Below are positions 8,460-16,300 of a stretch of 32,000 nucleotides of DNA, piece by piece (within the stretch, counting starts at the first letter, position 1; each line of letters opens with the position of its first letter). The notes under the pieces are model-generated. The model made no database searches. It was not told the origin of the DNA and worked only from the letters and a program-made list of their open reading frames with translations. The position numbers were made by a program, and so were the translations under genes. This DNA is from Haloferax volcanii DS2 (lineage in GTDB: Archaea > Halobacteriota > Halobacteria > Halobacteriales > Haloferacaceae): assembly GCF_000025685.1 (NCBI RefSeq), contig NC_013967.1:1410001-1442000 (forward strand), read 5' to 3'.

Positions 8460-8808
8460 CGGCGGGTCTGGTCCGCGTCGGCGGGACGTGCCGCCGGGTC
8501 GGACTCAGACACGGGCGACACTCCGCCGTCGAGGGGCGGCCCGCCGCGCTCGCGGGTGCAGTCGCCGGGTTGCTGGCCGCTGCCGATGGCCTGTTGGTCG
8601 CTGTCGAGACGCCTGTCGGGTGCGAGTCGTGTGTCGCTCCATGTGGGGTTCCGTGGTCGTGGTCAGGTCACACCGGACGAGAGACCGCTGTGCTCGGAAG
8701 TCGATACGGGCGGGAGTCGAGGATGAGAGATGTGCGAGGCTACCGCCCCGCAATACTGGGCGACGGGGCGACGACCGAGGTCGGAACTGGCCGACCGCGA
8801 CGCCGACG

Positions 8809-9417
8809 CTATCGGTCCGCCCAGCGACCGACGCGGTAGGTCGCCACAGTCTGTTCGGGGTCGGACCCGTGGGTCGTGCCGGACTCGTCGTCGCGCTCGA
8901 ACACCCGGAGCGCGGCGTTCGTCGGGGCCGCCCCCCTCGCAACGTCGAACGTCGAGAGGTGGGTGCAGACGAGCGTGTCGGCATCCACCTCGAACACCTC
9001 GGGGTCGGCCGGCGGCGACCGCCGAATCGGGATGTCGGCGTCGCGCCATCCGGTCCACGACGGCGAAAGCGCGGTGTTGTAGAACGCGGCGTCCTCGCGG
9101 GGCATCCGGACCTCGAACAGGAGGACGAACGAGTCGCCGTCGGCTTCCAGCAGGTCGTTCGAGTACTGCCCCTGCATCGCGCGGTCGGTGAACACGTCCC
9201 GCTGGTCGGCCGGCGGGTCCGAAAAGAGCCACCCGCGGAAATCGGCGTCGTCGGGGAACGACCCGTTCACGTACTGTTCGTCTGCCGGGTGGAGTTTCGA
9301 GTGGCCGGTGTCGGCGCGGATGCGACCGCTTGTGGTCCGTCGGGCGTCGGCGAGACAGCCCGAGAGACCGGCAAGCGAGAGCGCGGCGGCGCTCGAAAGG
9401 AGGGCTCGGCGGTGCAT
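8809..9417 (-). CDS. Hypothetical Tat-exported lipoprotein
   Basis: 202 aa. MHRRALLSSAAALSLAGLSGC combines a twin-arginine signal with a lipobox Cys. TATA-like CGTTTATG (complement of 9441-9448) lies 27 nt upstream of the ATG. No domain recognised. Confidence 0.7.
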   Translation of the reverse strand: MHRRALLSSAAALSLAGLSGCLADARRTTSGRIRADTGHSKLHPADEQYVNGSFPDDADFRGWLFSDPPADQRDVFTDRAMQGQYSNDLLEADGDSFVLLFEVRMPREDAAFYNTALSPSWTGWRDADIPIRRSPPADPEVFEVDADTLVCTHLSTFDVARGAAPTNAALRVFERDDESGTTHGSDPEQTVATYRVGRWADR

Positions 9418-9474
9418 ACTGTCGTGTGGCGCGGGAACGACATAAACGTCCGCCGTGACGCGAGTCCCGGCGGC

Positions 9475-9930
9475 TCAGCCGAAGTCCGGCAGGTCGTCGG
9501 GCGCTTCGTACTCGGACTCCCAGTCGATGTAGTCGTCTTTGAGCACGTCGCACACGTCCTGTCCGAGTTCGGTGAGGCCGGCGTTGATAGACGACACCTC
9601 GCCCCACGAGGTGAGTTCGGGGTGGAGTTCGCGCTCCTTCCAGTCCTCGGGGATGCCCGGCGCGTGGTAGCCGACGCGGTCCGCGAAGTCGTCCCAGAAG
9701 AAGTCGAAGTGGGAGAGGAGGTCGAGGTCGAGGACGATTTCCCACTGCGCCTCCGTGACGGGTGTCTCCGCGGCCCACGCCTCGAAGGCGCCGGCCCACG
9801 CGCCGGCTTCGAGGAACTCCTCCAACTCGGCGCGCTTGAAGTCGGCGTCGGCCGCCACCTGCGCGTCGTCGTACTGGTTCGGGTCGACGGTCGGGAGCGA
9901 CGGCGGAGCCGGGACGGGAACGTCGAGCAT
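9475..9930 (-). CDS. Acidic Trp-rich hypothetical protein
   Basis: 151 aa with GC3-rich codons and a halophile-type acidic composition. A T-rich element (CTCTTTTCC) lies about 27 nt upstream of the ATG. No domain recognised. Confidence 0.65.
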   Translation of the reverse strand: MLDVPVPAPPSLPTVDPNQYDDAQVAADADFKRAELEEFLEAGAWAGAFEAWAAETPVTEAQWEIVLDLDLLSHFDFFWDDFADRVGYHAPGIPEDWKERELHPELTSWGEVSSINAGLTELGQDVCDVLKDDYIDWESEYEAPDDLPDFG

Positions 9931-9993
9931 GGTCGCCAGTCGGTCGCCGCGGGGGAAAAGAGTTCGGCGCTGTCGTCGGTGGGAGCGTCCGCC

Positions 9994-10476
9994 CTACTCC
10001 ATGCGCTCGATGACGGATTCGAGCTGGTCGGCGCGGGCGGCGACCGCCTCGGCGCGGAGTTCCTCTTCCTCGTCGGTCTCGCAGACGAGGCGGGGCACGG
10101 GCGTCGGCTTCCCGTCGTCGTCGAGCGCGACGAACGTCAGGAACGACGTGGTCGTCTTCCGTCGCTCGTCGGTCTTCGGGTTCTCGGCGTGCACGTCGAC
10201 TTTCACGTCCACGCTGGTCCGACCGACGTTGAACACGTACGCCTCCATGACGGCCACCTCACCGAGGTCGATGGGGCCGATGAAGTCGACGTGGTCCATC
10301 GACGCGGTGACGCACTGGCGGTTCGAAAAGCGCATCGCCGCGATGGCCCCGCAGATGTCCATCCAGTGGAGGACCGCGCCACCGAGGGCTCGCCCGAGGT
10401 TGTTGGTGTCGTTCGGCAGGAGGAGTTCGGTCATCTCGGTGCGCGACTCGTCGAGCGTCGCGGTGGGTTCGCTCAT
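9994..10476 (-). CDS. Acyl-CoA thioesterase (hotdog fold, YciA/acyl-CoA hydrolase type)
   Basis: 160 aa. LLPNDTNNLGRALGGAVLHWMDICGAIAAMRF is typical of this family. TATA-like GATTTCAAG lies about 30 nt upstream. Confidence 0.8.
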   Translation of the reverse strand: MSEPTATLDESRTEMTELLLPNDTNNLGRALGGAVLHWMDICGAIAAMRFSNRQCVTASMDHVDFIGPIDLGEVAVMEAYVFNVGRTSVDVKVDVHAENPKTDERRKTTTSFLTFVALDDDGKPTPVPRLVCETDEEEELRAEAVAARADQLESVIERME

Positions 10477-10536
10477 GCGAGCAGGGTCACGCCGAGGGGG
10501 CTTGAAATCGTGGGGCGCGGCGGCGACGGCCCCGGG

Positions 10537-10980
10537 TCACTCGTCGAAGTCGGCGTCGAACGCCTCGGGCGACTGGCCGGCGGCGTCGAGCACTTCGTCG
10601 GAGACGAGAATCGGGCAGTCGACGCGAATGGCGAGGGCGATGGCGTCGCTCGGGCGCGCGTCGAAGACGACCGACCGCGCCTCGCCGTCGTGGTAGCGCT
10701 CGGCGTCGACCTTGGCGAGGAACGTGCCGTTCGAGAGGTCGTCGATGCGGATGCTGTCGATTGCCCCCCCGAACTCCGTCACCATCTCGACCAGGAGGTC
10801 GTGAGTCAGCGGGCGCTCGAACTGCTCGCCGGAGAGACCGAGTTGGATGGCCTGAGCCTGGTCCGACGTGATGACGATGGGCAGGAACTCGTCGCGCGCT
10901 TCGAGGACGACCGCCGGGACGTTCGAGCCGTCTTCGCCGACGCCGACCCCGATACCGCGGACCACGGCACGGTGTTTCAT
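10537..10980 (-). CDS. Bifunctional nuclease family protein (BFN/DUF151)
   Basis: 147 aa. VVLEARDEFLPIVITSDQAQAIQLGLSGEQFERPLTHDLL matches my memory of the DUF151 core (I...EA.AI......RP.THDL). Confidence 0.78.
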   Translation of the reverse strand: MKHRAVVRGIGVGVGEDGSNVPAVVLEARDEFLPIVITSDQAQAIQLGLSGEQFERPLTHDLLVEMVTEFGGAIDSIRIDDLSNGTFLAKVDAERYHDGEARSVVFDARPSDAIALAIRVDCPILVSDEVLDAAGQSPEAFDADFDE

Positions 10981-11061
10981 GCTACGTTGTAGTTGGGGGG
11001 AGTACGAATAGTTACCCCAGCGCGAATCGCCGGCCCGGTCGCCGTCGGCCCCCGCGGGGCC

Positions 11062-11682
11062 TCACCGTCGGGCGAACTGGACGGCCGCGACGACGAGCAG
11101 GATGACGAGGCCGCCGGCGAAGAAGGCGAGCCCCGGCGGGACGACCTGCGCCGCCGCGGGCGCGGCCTCCGCGGCCATCGTCGAGACCGCCCCGGCGTCG
11201 GCGGACTCCGCGGCACTGCCACCGCCGCCGAGGACGCCGACCCCGCGCGTGGCGACCCACTGGACGAGCGCCGACAGCAGCGCCAACACGGCGACGCCGC
11301 CGAGCAGGCCCGACAGCATGGACGCCAGCCCCGTCCGCGTCTCCTCGCCGGCGGCGACGACGACGAGCGGCCTGTCGGCGGGCGCGTACACCTTCATCTC
11401 GCGGCCCTTCTCGGAGTAGACGGTGTCGACCACCTCGACGAGGCCCGCGTCGTCGAGCTTTCGGAGGTGGTACTGGACGTTCTGGAGCGACGTGTCGACG
11501 CGTTCCGCGAGCTCCGCGGCGTTCGTCGGCTCCTCGTGGAGCGCGGCGAGCACGCGGCGGGCCGTCCCCGACGAGAGCGCCGACAGGAGGTCCGACGCCT
11601 CGTCGTCTTCGAGTCCGATGACCCGCGGGGAGGACTCGTCCGCGGCGGAGGTGTCGGGAGTGGAGGGCAACAAACCGGCCAT
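11062..11682 (-). CDS. ArsR-family winged-HTH regulator with C-terminal membrane anchor
   Basis: 206 aa. The N-terminal half has LSSGTARRVLAALHEEPTNAAELAERVDTSLQNVQYHLRKLDDAGLV. The C-terminal half has two hydrophobic helices flanking an Ala-rich loop. Confidence 0.8.
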   Translation of the reverse strand: MAGLLPSTPDTSAADESSPRVIGLEDDEASDLLSALSSGTARRVLAALHEEPTNAAELAERVDTSLQNVQYHLRKLDDAGLVEVVDTVYSEKGREMKVYAPADRPLVVVAAGEETRTGLASMLSGLLGGVAVLALLSALVQWVATRGVGVLGGGGSAAESADAGAVSTMAAEAAPAAAQVVPPGLAFFAGGLVILLVVAAVQFARR

Positions 11683-11745
11683 GGCGTGGAGTACTCCGCC
11701 GGAGGATACAAACCTGTTGTCCCGCCAGCCGAAAATCGCCGGCGC

Positions 11746-13074
11746 TCAGACGCCCTCGCTGACCACGAGGACGCGCAGGTCGTTGACGTTCGTCCCCGTC
11801 GCGCCGGACTCGACGAGCGCGCCGGCCTCCCGGAGCACTGGGAGCGCGTCGTTTCTCGCCAGCGCGGCGTGGGCGTCGCCCGCGGCGACCGACGAGGCGT
11901 CAACGACCGCGCCCGCGACCTCGGTCCCGCCGTCTTTTCCGTCGCTGTCGATGCTGGCGAGGACGGTCTCGTCGGGGAGTTCCGCGGCGGCCGCGAGGCA
12001 GAATTCGAGGTTCGGCCCGCCGTCGCCGTCGCCGCGGACCGTTACGGTACACTCGCCACCCGAGAGGACCACCGCGGGCGCGGTGATCGGGTTTCCGGTC
12101 GCCAGCGACTCCTCCGCGACGGCGACGTGGGTCTTCGCGGCCTCGCGCGCCTCGCCGCGCACGCGAGAGGAGAGGATGAGCGACTCGTACCCGCGGTCGT
12201 CGGCCACCTCGCGGGCGGCGTCGAGCGCGGTGAACGTGTCCGCGAGGACGTGGTTCGTCACCCGGTCGAACACCGGGTCGCCGGGCTTCGGCGTCTCCGG
12301 CACGTCGCCCGCGGAGCCGCGGGCGAGGCGCGTGCGGACCGGTTTGGGCACGTCGAGGTCGAAGCGGTCCAGCACGTCGAGGGCGTCGTCGTAGGTCGTC
12401 TCGTCTGGCGCGGTCGGGCCGGAGGCGATGACGCCGAGGTCGTTTCCGACCACGTCCGAGAGGACGAGGCCGACGACCGTCGCGGGCGCGGCGAGTCGCG
12501 CGAGACCGCCGCCTTTCAGCGTCGAGACGTGCTTTCTGACCGCGTTGAGGTCGTGAATCTCCGCGCCGCTTTCGAGCAGTCTGTCGGTCGTCTCCTGCAA
12601 CTCGGCGAGCGAGATGCCCTCGGCGGGGGCCGGGAGGACCGCGCTCGCGCCGCCCGTGATGGCCGCGAGGACGAGCGTCCGGTCGTCGAGGTCCGAAAGG
12701 AGGTCCACGAGTCGCCGGGTGCTCTCGACGCCGCGCGCGGAGGGGACCGGGTGGTCGCCGGGGAGTCGCTCGATGCGTCCGTCGGGGCTCGGCGTCGGGT
12801 CGGGCGTCACGACGACGCCGTCGTCGATGCGGTCGCCGAGGACGGCTTCGAGGGCGTCGGCGACGCCGTCGCCGGCTTTGCCCCCGCCGACGACGAGGAT
12901 TCGGTCGTAGGCGCTCAGGTCGTAGGTCTCGTCCGCGACGGTCAGCGTGTCGCCGTCGAGCGACACCGACTCGCGGACGACGCGGTCGGGAAGGACGGCC
13001 TCGACGCCGGCGCGGAGACAGTCGATGGCCGTCTCGTGGGCGGGCGTCGGGGTTCGCGCGTCGAACTCCTGCAT
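11746..13074 (-). CDS. Glycerate 2-kinase / hydroxypyruvate reductase-like protein (DUF4147 + MOFRL)
   Basis: 442 aa with ILVVGGGKAGDGVADALE, LSGGECTVTVRGDGDGGPNLEF and SIDSDGKDGGTEVAGAVVD, typical of the MOFRL glycerate kinase family. Confidence 0.82.
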   Translation of the reverse strand: MQEFDARTPTPAHETAIDCLRAGVEAVLPDRVVRESVSLDGDTLTVADETYDLSAYDRILVVGGGKAGDGVADALEAVLGDRIDDGVVVTPDPTPSPDGRIERLPGDHPVPSARGVESTRRLVDLLSDLDDRTLVLAAITGGASAVLPAPAEGISLAELQETTDRLLESGAEIHDLNAVRKHVSTLKGGGLARLAAPATVVGLVLSDVVGNDLGVIASGPTAPDETTYDDALDVLDRFDLDVPKPVRTRLARGSAGDVPETPKPGDPVFDRVTNHVLADTFTALDAAREVADDRGYESLILSSRVRGEAREAAKTHVAVAEESLATGNPITAPAVVLSGGECTVTVRGDGDGGPNLEFCLAAAAELPDETVLASIDSDGKDGGTEVAGAVVDASSVAAGDAHAALARNDALPVLREAGALVESGATGTNVNDLRVLVVSEGV

Positions 13075-13098
13075 AGTTCGTGGGAGATGCCGACACGG

Positions 13099-13105
13099 AT
13101 AAAAA
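13099..13105. promoter_or_regulatory. Single shared A/T element (ATAAAAA) in a 53-nt divergent spacer
   Basis: This is the only A/T-rich element between the start codons at 13074 (minus) and 13128 (plus). Its centre is 28 nt from one start and 26 nt from the other. Confidence 0.5.
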
Positions 13106-13127
13106 CCGTGGGGCGGTAAACCCGGCG

Positions 13128-14813
13128 ATGAACGATTCGTCGCCCGGCGAGGGCCACGTCCGCGTCGTCGGCACGGCCCACGTCTCGGCCGACAGCGTCA
13201 GAGAGGTCGAAGAGACCGTCAGAGAGGAGCGTCCCGACGTCGTCGCGGTCGAACTCGACGAGGGGCGCTACCGACAGCTGAAGGGCGGAACGCCCGACGA
13301 CATCGAAGCGCGCGACCTGCTCCGCGGCAACACCGTCTTCCAGTTTATCGCCTACTGGATGCTGTCGTACGTCCAGTCGCGGATGGGAGACCAGTTCGAC
13401 GTGAAGCCCGGCGCGGACATGCTCGCGGCGGTCGAGACCGCCGAGGAAGAGGGTCTCGACGTGGCGCTCGTCGACCGCGACATCCAGGTGACCATCCAGC
13501 GCTTCTGGCAGCGGATGGGCACGCTCGAAAAGATGCGCATGGCCGGCGACCTCCTGTTCGGGGTCGCCGACGCCCGCGGGGTCGGCGCGGTGTTCGGCAT
13601 CGCCGTCGGCGTCGTCCTCGGGCCGCTCGTCGGCCTGTTCGGGGGCGCGGTCGGCGTCACCGACCTTCTGTTGACGCGCACGGCCACGGCCGCAGTCTTC
13701 GGTGGCGTGGCCGCGTATCTGCTCTACACCGTCGCCTCGTTCTCCCTCGACGGCGACGACGCGATTCTCGCTGGCCTCGGCGGCGGCGCGGCAGTCGGTA
13801 TCGTCGCCGGCTTCGGTCTCGGAGTCGGTACCGGCTTCGTCTCCGGACTCCTCGGGAGCCTCGGCACCGCCATCGTCGGCAGCCTCGTCATCGGCGTCCT
13901 CGCGGGCGTCGTCGTGGGCGTCACCGTCGGCGCGGTCCTGAACGCCTTCGGCCTGTTCGCGCCCGTCGAGGGCGACGCCGACGCCGACTACGAGGAGTTC
14001 GACATGGCCGAACTGACCGACGGCGACGTGGTCTCGGCGATGATGGAGGAGTTCCGCCGGTTCAGCCCCGGCGGCGCGGAGGCGCTCATCGACGAGCGCG
14101 ACGCCTACATCGCCCACCAGCTCGTCGCGCTCCGGCGGTCCGGTCGGCACGTCGTCGCCATCGTCGGCGCGGGCCACCGCGAGGGCATCGAGAACTACCT
14201 CGCACACCCCGAGACGCTCCCGCCGATGGAGTCGCTCGTCGGCGTCGCGGAGAAGGACGGCTTCCCGTGGGGGAAACTGCTCGGCTTCGGCGTCACCGCC
14301 GTGTTCATCGCCTTCTTCGTCCTCCTCGCGATGGCCGGCGTCGGCAACGAACGACTCCTGACCATCTTCGGCGCGTGGTTCCTCATCAACGGCGTATTCG
14401 CCGCCGCGCTCGCCAAGGTCGCCGGCGCGCGGTGGACCTCAGCCCTCGTCGGCGGCCTCGTCGCGTGGATGACCTCCATCAACCCGCTTCTCGCGCCCGG
14501 CTGGTTCACCGGCTACGTCGAACTCCGCCACACGCCGGTCAACGTCGGTGACATCGGCACGCTGAACGAGCTGCTCGACGACGAGGAGACGCCCATCGTC
14601 GAGCTCGTCGGCCAGATGTTCGACGTGCCGCTGTTCAAGCTCATCATGGTCGTCGCCATGACGAACATCGGGAGCATCGTCGCGAGCTTCCTCTTCGTCA
14701 CCTACGTCATCCCCGTCATCGCCTCCGACCTCGGCGGCGTCGCGGGCGTGACGAACCTGATGTTCGAGGGCGCGCGCAACAGCGCCGACCTCATCTGGAG
14801 GTCCCTGACGTGA
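13128..14813 (+). CDS. TraB/PrgY-family protein with internal and C-terminal membrane regions
   Basis: 561 aa counted from MNDSSPGEGHVRVVGTAHVS. TraB blocks are present: GTAHVS, VVAVELD, LVDRDIQVT, LIDERDAYIA, AIVGAGHREGI. The ORF-track start 13080 would leave only a 5-nt divergent spacer, so I prefer 13128. Confidence 0.85.
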   Translation: MNDSSPGEGHVRVVGTAHVSADSVREVEETVREERPDVVAVELDEGRYRQLKGGTPDDIEARDLLRGNTVFQFIAYWMLSYVQSRMGDQFDVKPGADMLAAVETAEEEGLDVALVDRDIQVTIQRFWQRMGTLEKMRMAGDLLFGVADARGVGAVFGIAVGVVLGPLVGLFGGAVGVTDLLLTRTATAAVFGGVAAYLLYTVASFSLDGDDAILAGLGGGAAVGIVAGFGLGVGTGFVSGLLGSLGTAIVGSLVIGVLAGVVVGVTVGAVLNAFGLFAPVEGDADADYEEFDMAELTDGDVVSAMMEEFRRFSPGGAEALIDERDAYIAHQLVALRRSGRHVVAIVGAGHREGIENYLAHPETLPPMESLVGVAEKDGFPWGKLLGFGVTAVFIAFFVLLAMAGVGNERLLTIFGAWFLINGVFAAALAKVAGARWTSALVGGLVAWMTSINPLLAPGWFTGYVELRHTPVNVGDIGTLNELLDDEETPIVELVGQMFDVPLFKLIMVVAMTNIGSIVASFLFVTYVIPVIASDLGGVAGVTNLMFEGARNSADLIWRSLT

Positions 14814-15433
14814 ACGTCTCGTTTTCCTCGCGCGAGCTCCGCGACCTGCTCGTCGCGTGGGTCGCGCTCGGCCTCGCCTTCGCCATCTTCTTCGCCGGCG
14901 GCGGCAACCGCACCATCCAACTGCTGACGAACGGGTCGTTCGGTCTCGCGCTCGTCGTGAGCCTCCTGACGGCCGGCGTGGGCTTTCTCCTCCACGAGGT
15001 CGCCCACAAGGTCGTCGCCGTCAGGTTCAATCAGGTGGCCGAGTTCCGCGCCGACTACGGCATGCTCGCGGTCGCCATCATGAGCGCGCTCGTCGGGTTC
15101 ATCTTCGCCGCGCCCGGCGCGGTCTATCACCACGGCGTGCTCACAGAGCGCGAACACGGCCTCATCGCCCTCGCGGGACCGGTGACGAACCTGCTGCTCC
15201 TCGTCGCGTTCGCGCCGGTGCTCGTCGTCGGCGTCCTCGTCGGCTCCGACGTAATCCAGCTCGTCGGCTCGCGCGGGCTCATCATCAACGCCTTCCTCGC
15301 GGCGTTCAACATGCTCCCGCTCGGCTCGCTCGACGGTAAGACGGTCAAGGCGTGGAGCACGCCGGTGTTCGCCGGTGTCCTCGTCCTGTCGATTCTCCTC
15401 ACCGTCGGCCTGTTCCTGTTCGTCGGGTTCTGA
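14810..15433 (+). CDS. Site-2 protease family zinc metalloprotease (peptidase M50), minimal form
   Basis: 207 aa and polytopic, with HEVAH (HExxH) in a membrane helix and FNMLPLGSLDG (the NxxPxxxLDG motif). The GTG start overlaps the TraB stop as GTGA at 14810-14813. Confidence 0.85.
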   Translation: MNVSFSSRELRDLLVAWVALGLAFAIFFAGGGNRTIQLLTNGSFGLALVVSLLTAGVGFLLHEVAHKVVAVRFNQVAEFRADYGMLAVAIMSALVGFIFAAPGAVYHHGVLTEREHGLIALAGPVTNLLLLVAFAPVLVVGVLVGSDVIQLVGSRGLIINAFLAAFNMLPLGSLDGKTVKAWSTPVFAGVLVLSILLTVGLFLFVGF

Positions 15434-15647
15434 CCCGACCGGCGGGGGTTTCGGACGACCCCAATCGCGCTATTTCTGGCCCGTCTCGTTCTCGAAGTCG
15501 CGAGCGACCGCTAGCGTCGGACGGGAGAACAGAGAGCACTCGAAGGACTCGGGGCGCAGTCGGTACTCGGGGCGCTACGAGGACGAATGCGGGGAGAAGG
15601 GGAACCGAGACGAATCCGGGTTGGTCGTCCGCGTCGAGGACCGCGGT

Positions 15648-15884
15648 TTACTGCTGGCCGTGGTCGCGCCCGAGGACGAGCGCGACGGCGTGGAGGGCGA
15701 TGAGGCCGACGAAGAGGGGGAGTTCGCCGGGCGAGAGGCCGCCGCTGAGGACGGGCAGGTACGCGAGGGGCAGCGCGACTGCCGACCAGAAGGCGACGGT
15801 TTCGAGGGGGGCGTACGCGAGGCGACCGACGGTCGATGCGAAGTCGAGCGCGATCGAGTCGTTCGTGGAGGGGATTCCGGACAT
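15648..15884 (-). CDS. Small hypothetical membrane protein (78 aa)
   Basis: Starts at MSGIPSTNDS (ATG 15884) with two hydrophobic helices. CTTATATTATGG lies about 30 nt upstream on the minus strand. The ORF-track start 15965 lies upstream of that TATA. Confidence 0.5.
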   Translation of the reverse strand: MSGIPSTNDSIALDFASTVGRLAYAPLETVAFWSAVALPLAYLPVLSGGLSPGELPLFVGLIALHAVALVLGRDHGQQ

Positions 15885-16269
15885 CGTCACTTCTGCATAC
15901 GACAGGGACCATAATATAAGGGACCGAGCGTTACCGTGAATTCGGGTCCTTTTTCGACCGTTCAAGGCCGGGTTACGGGAGACATTCTCTTTTCGTAACG
16001 TTTTACAAACGTCTCAAATCACCCGAGAATGTTTATCCGCTCGTCTCGTGCTTTTTCGCAAATATTGCAATAGCTGTCTATTATTCAATAACATTGGCTC
16101 GGAAGCGGGCGATTAGGAGGGTCGTAGCGGGGGGCGTCTCGGAGCGCGCACGCTCGGCAGGAAGTGGGTAACCGAAGGGGGCGACGCCGGCCCATCGTCT
16201 ATCCGTCGTCGGTCGGGTCGCCGGCGAACGCTCATCTATGCGAGAACGTGTATGATTCGTACCCTGTGA

Positions 16270-16279
16270 TTTTATATTT
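16270..16279 (+). promoter_or_regulatory. TATA box of purM
   Basis: TTTTATATTT is centred 27 nt upstream of ATG 16301. Confidence 0.6.
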
Positions 16280-16300
16280 CGGCCTATCTCGTACACGAAC

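Noticed and set aside
8429-8521. N-terminal extension of ileS to the ORF-track start at 8521 (MSPVSESDPAARPADADQTRRFDIYPREGRG)
   Set aside because: The extension would run through the strong TTTTGATATATAT promoter element. It has no similarity to IleS N-termini, and the conserved N-terminus begins at MEDIADQY. The same reasoning trimmed these ORF-track ORFs: 18701..19504, 19308..19838, 21708..23558, 23143..25113, 25423..26373, 26004..27308, 28743..31268, 15648..15965 and 19956..20198.
4421-8839. 1472-aa plus-strand ORF across dhaK and ileS
   Set aside because: It is antisense to dhaK and ileS and has the same compositional artefact (long runs of D, V, G, R, L, A, E). The real genes account for the codon bias.
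8329-13119. Two long plus-strand ORFs (8329..10992 and 10993..13119)
   Set aside because: They are antisense to six well-supported minus-strand genes. They are Arg/Gly/Val-rich and have no motifs.
15966-16100. A/T-rich stretch considered as a replication origin or DNA-unwinding element
   Set aside because: There are no repeated ORB-like elements flanking it and no orc1/cdc6 gene nearby. The stretch is short and is better explained as a promoter/operator region.
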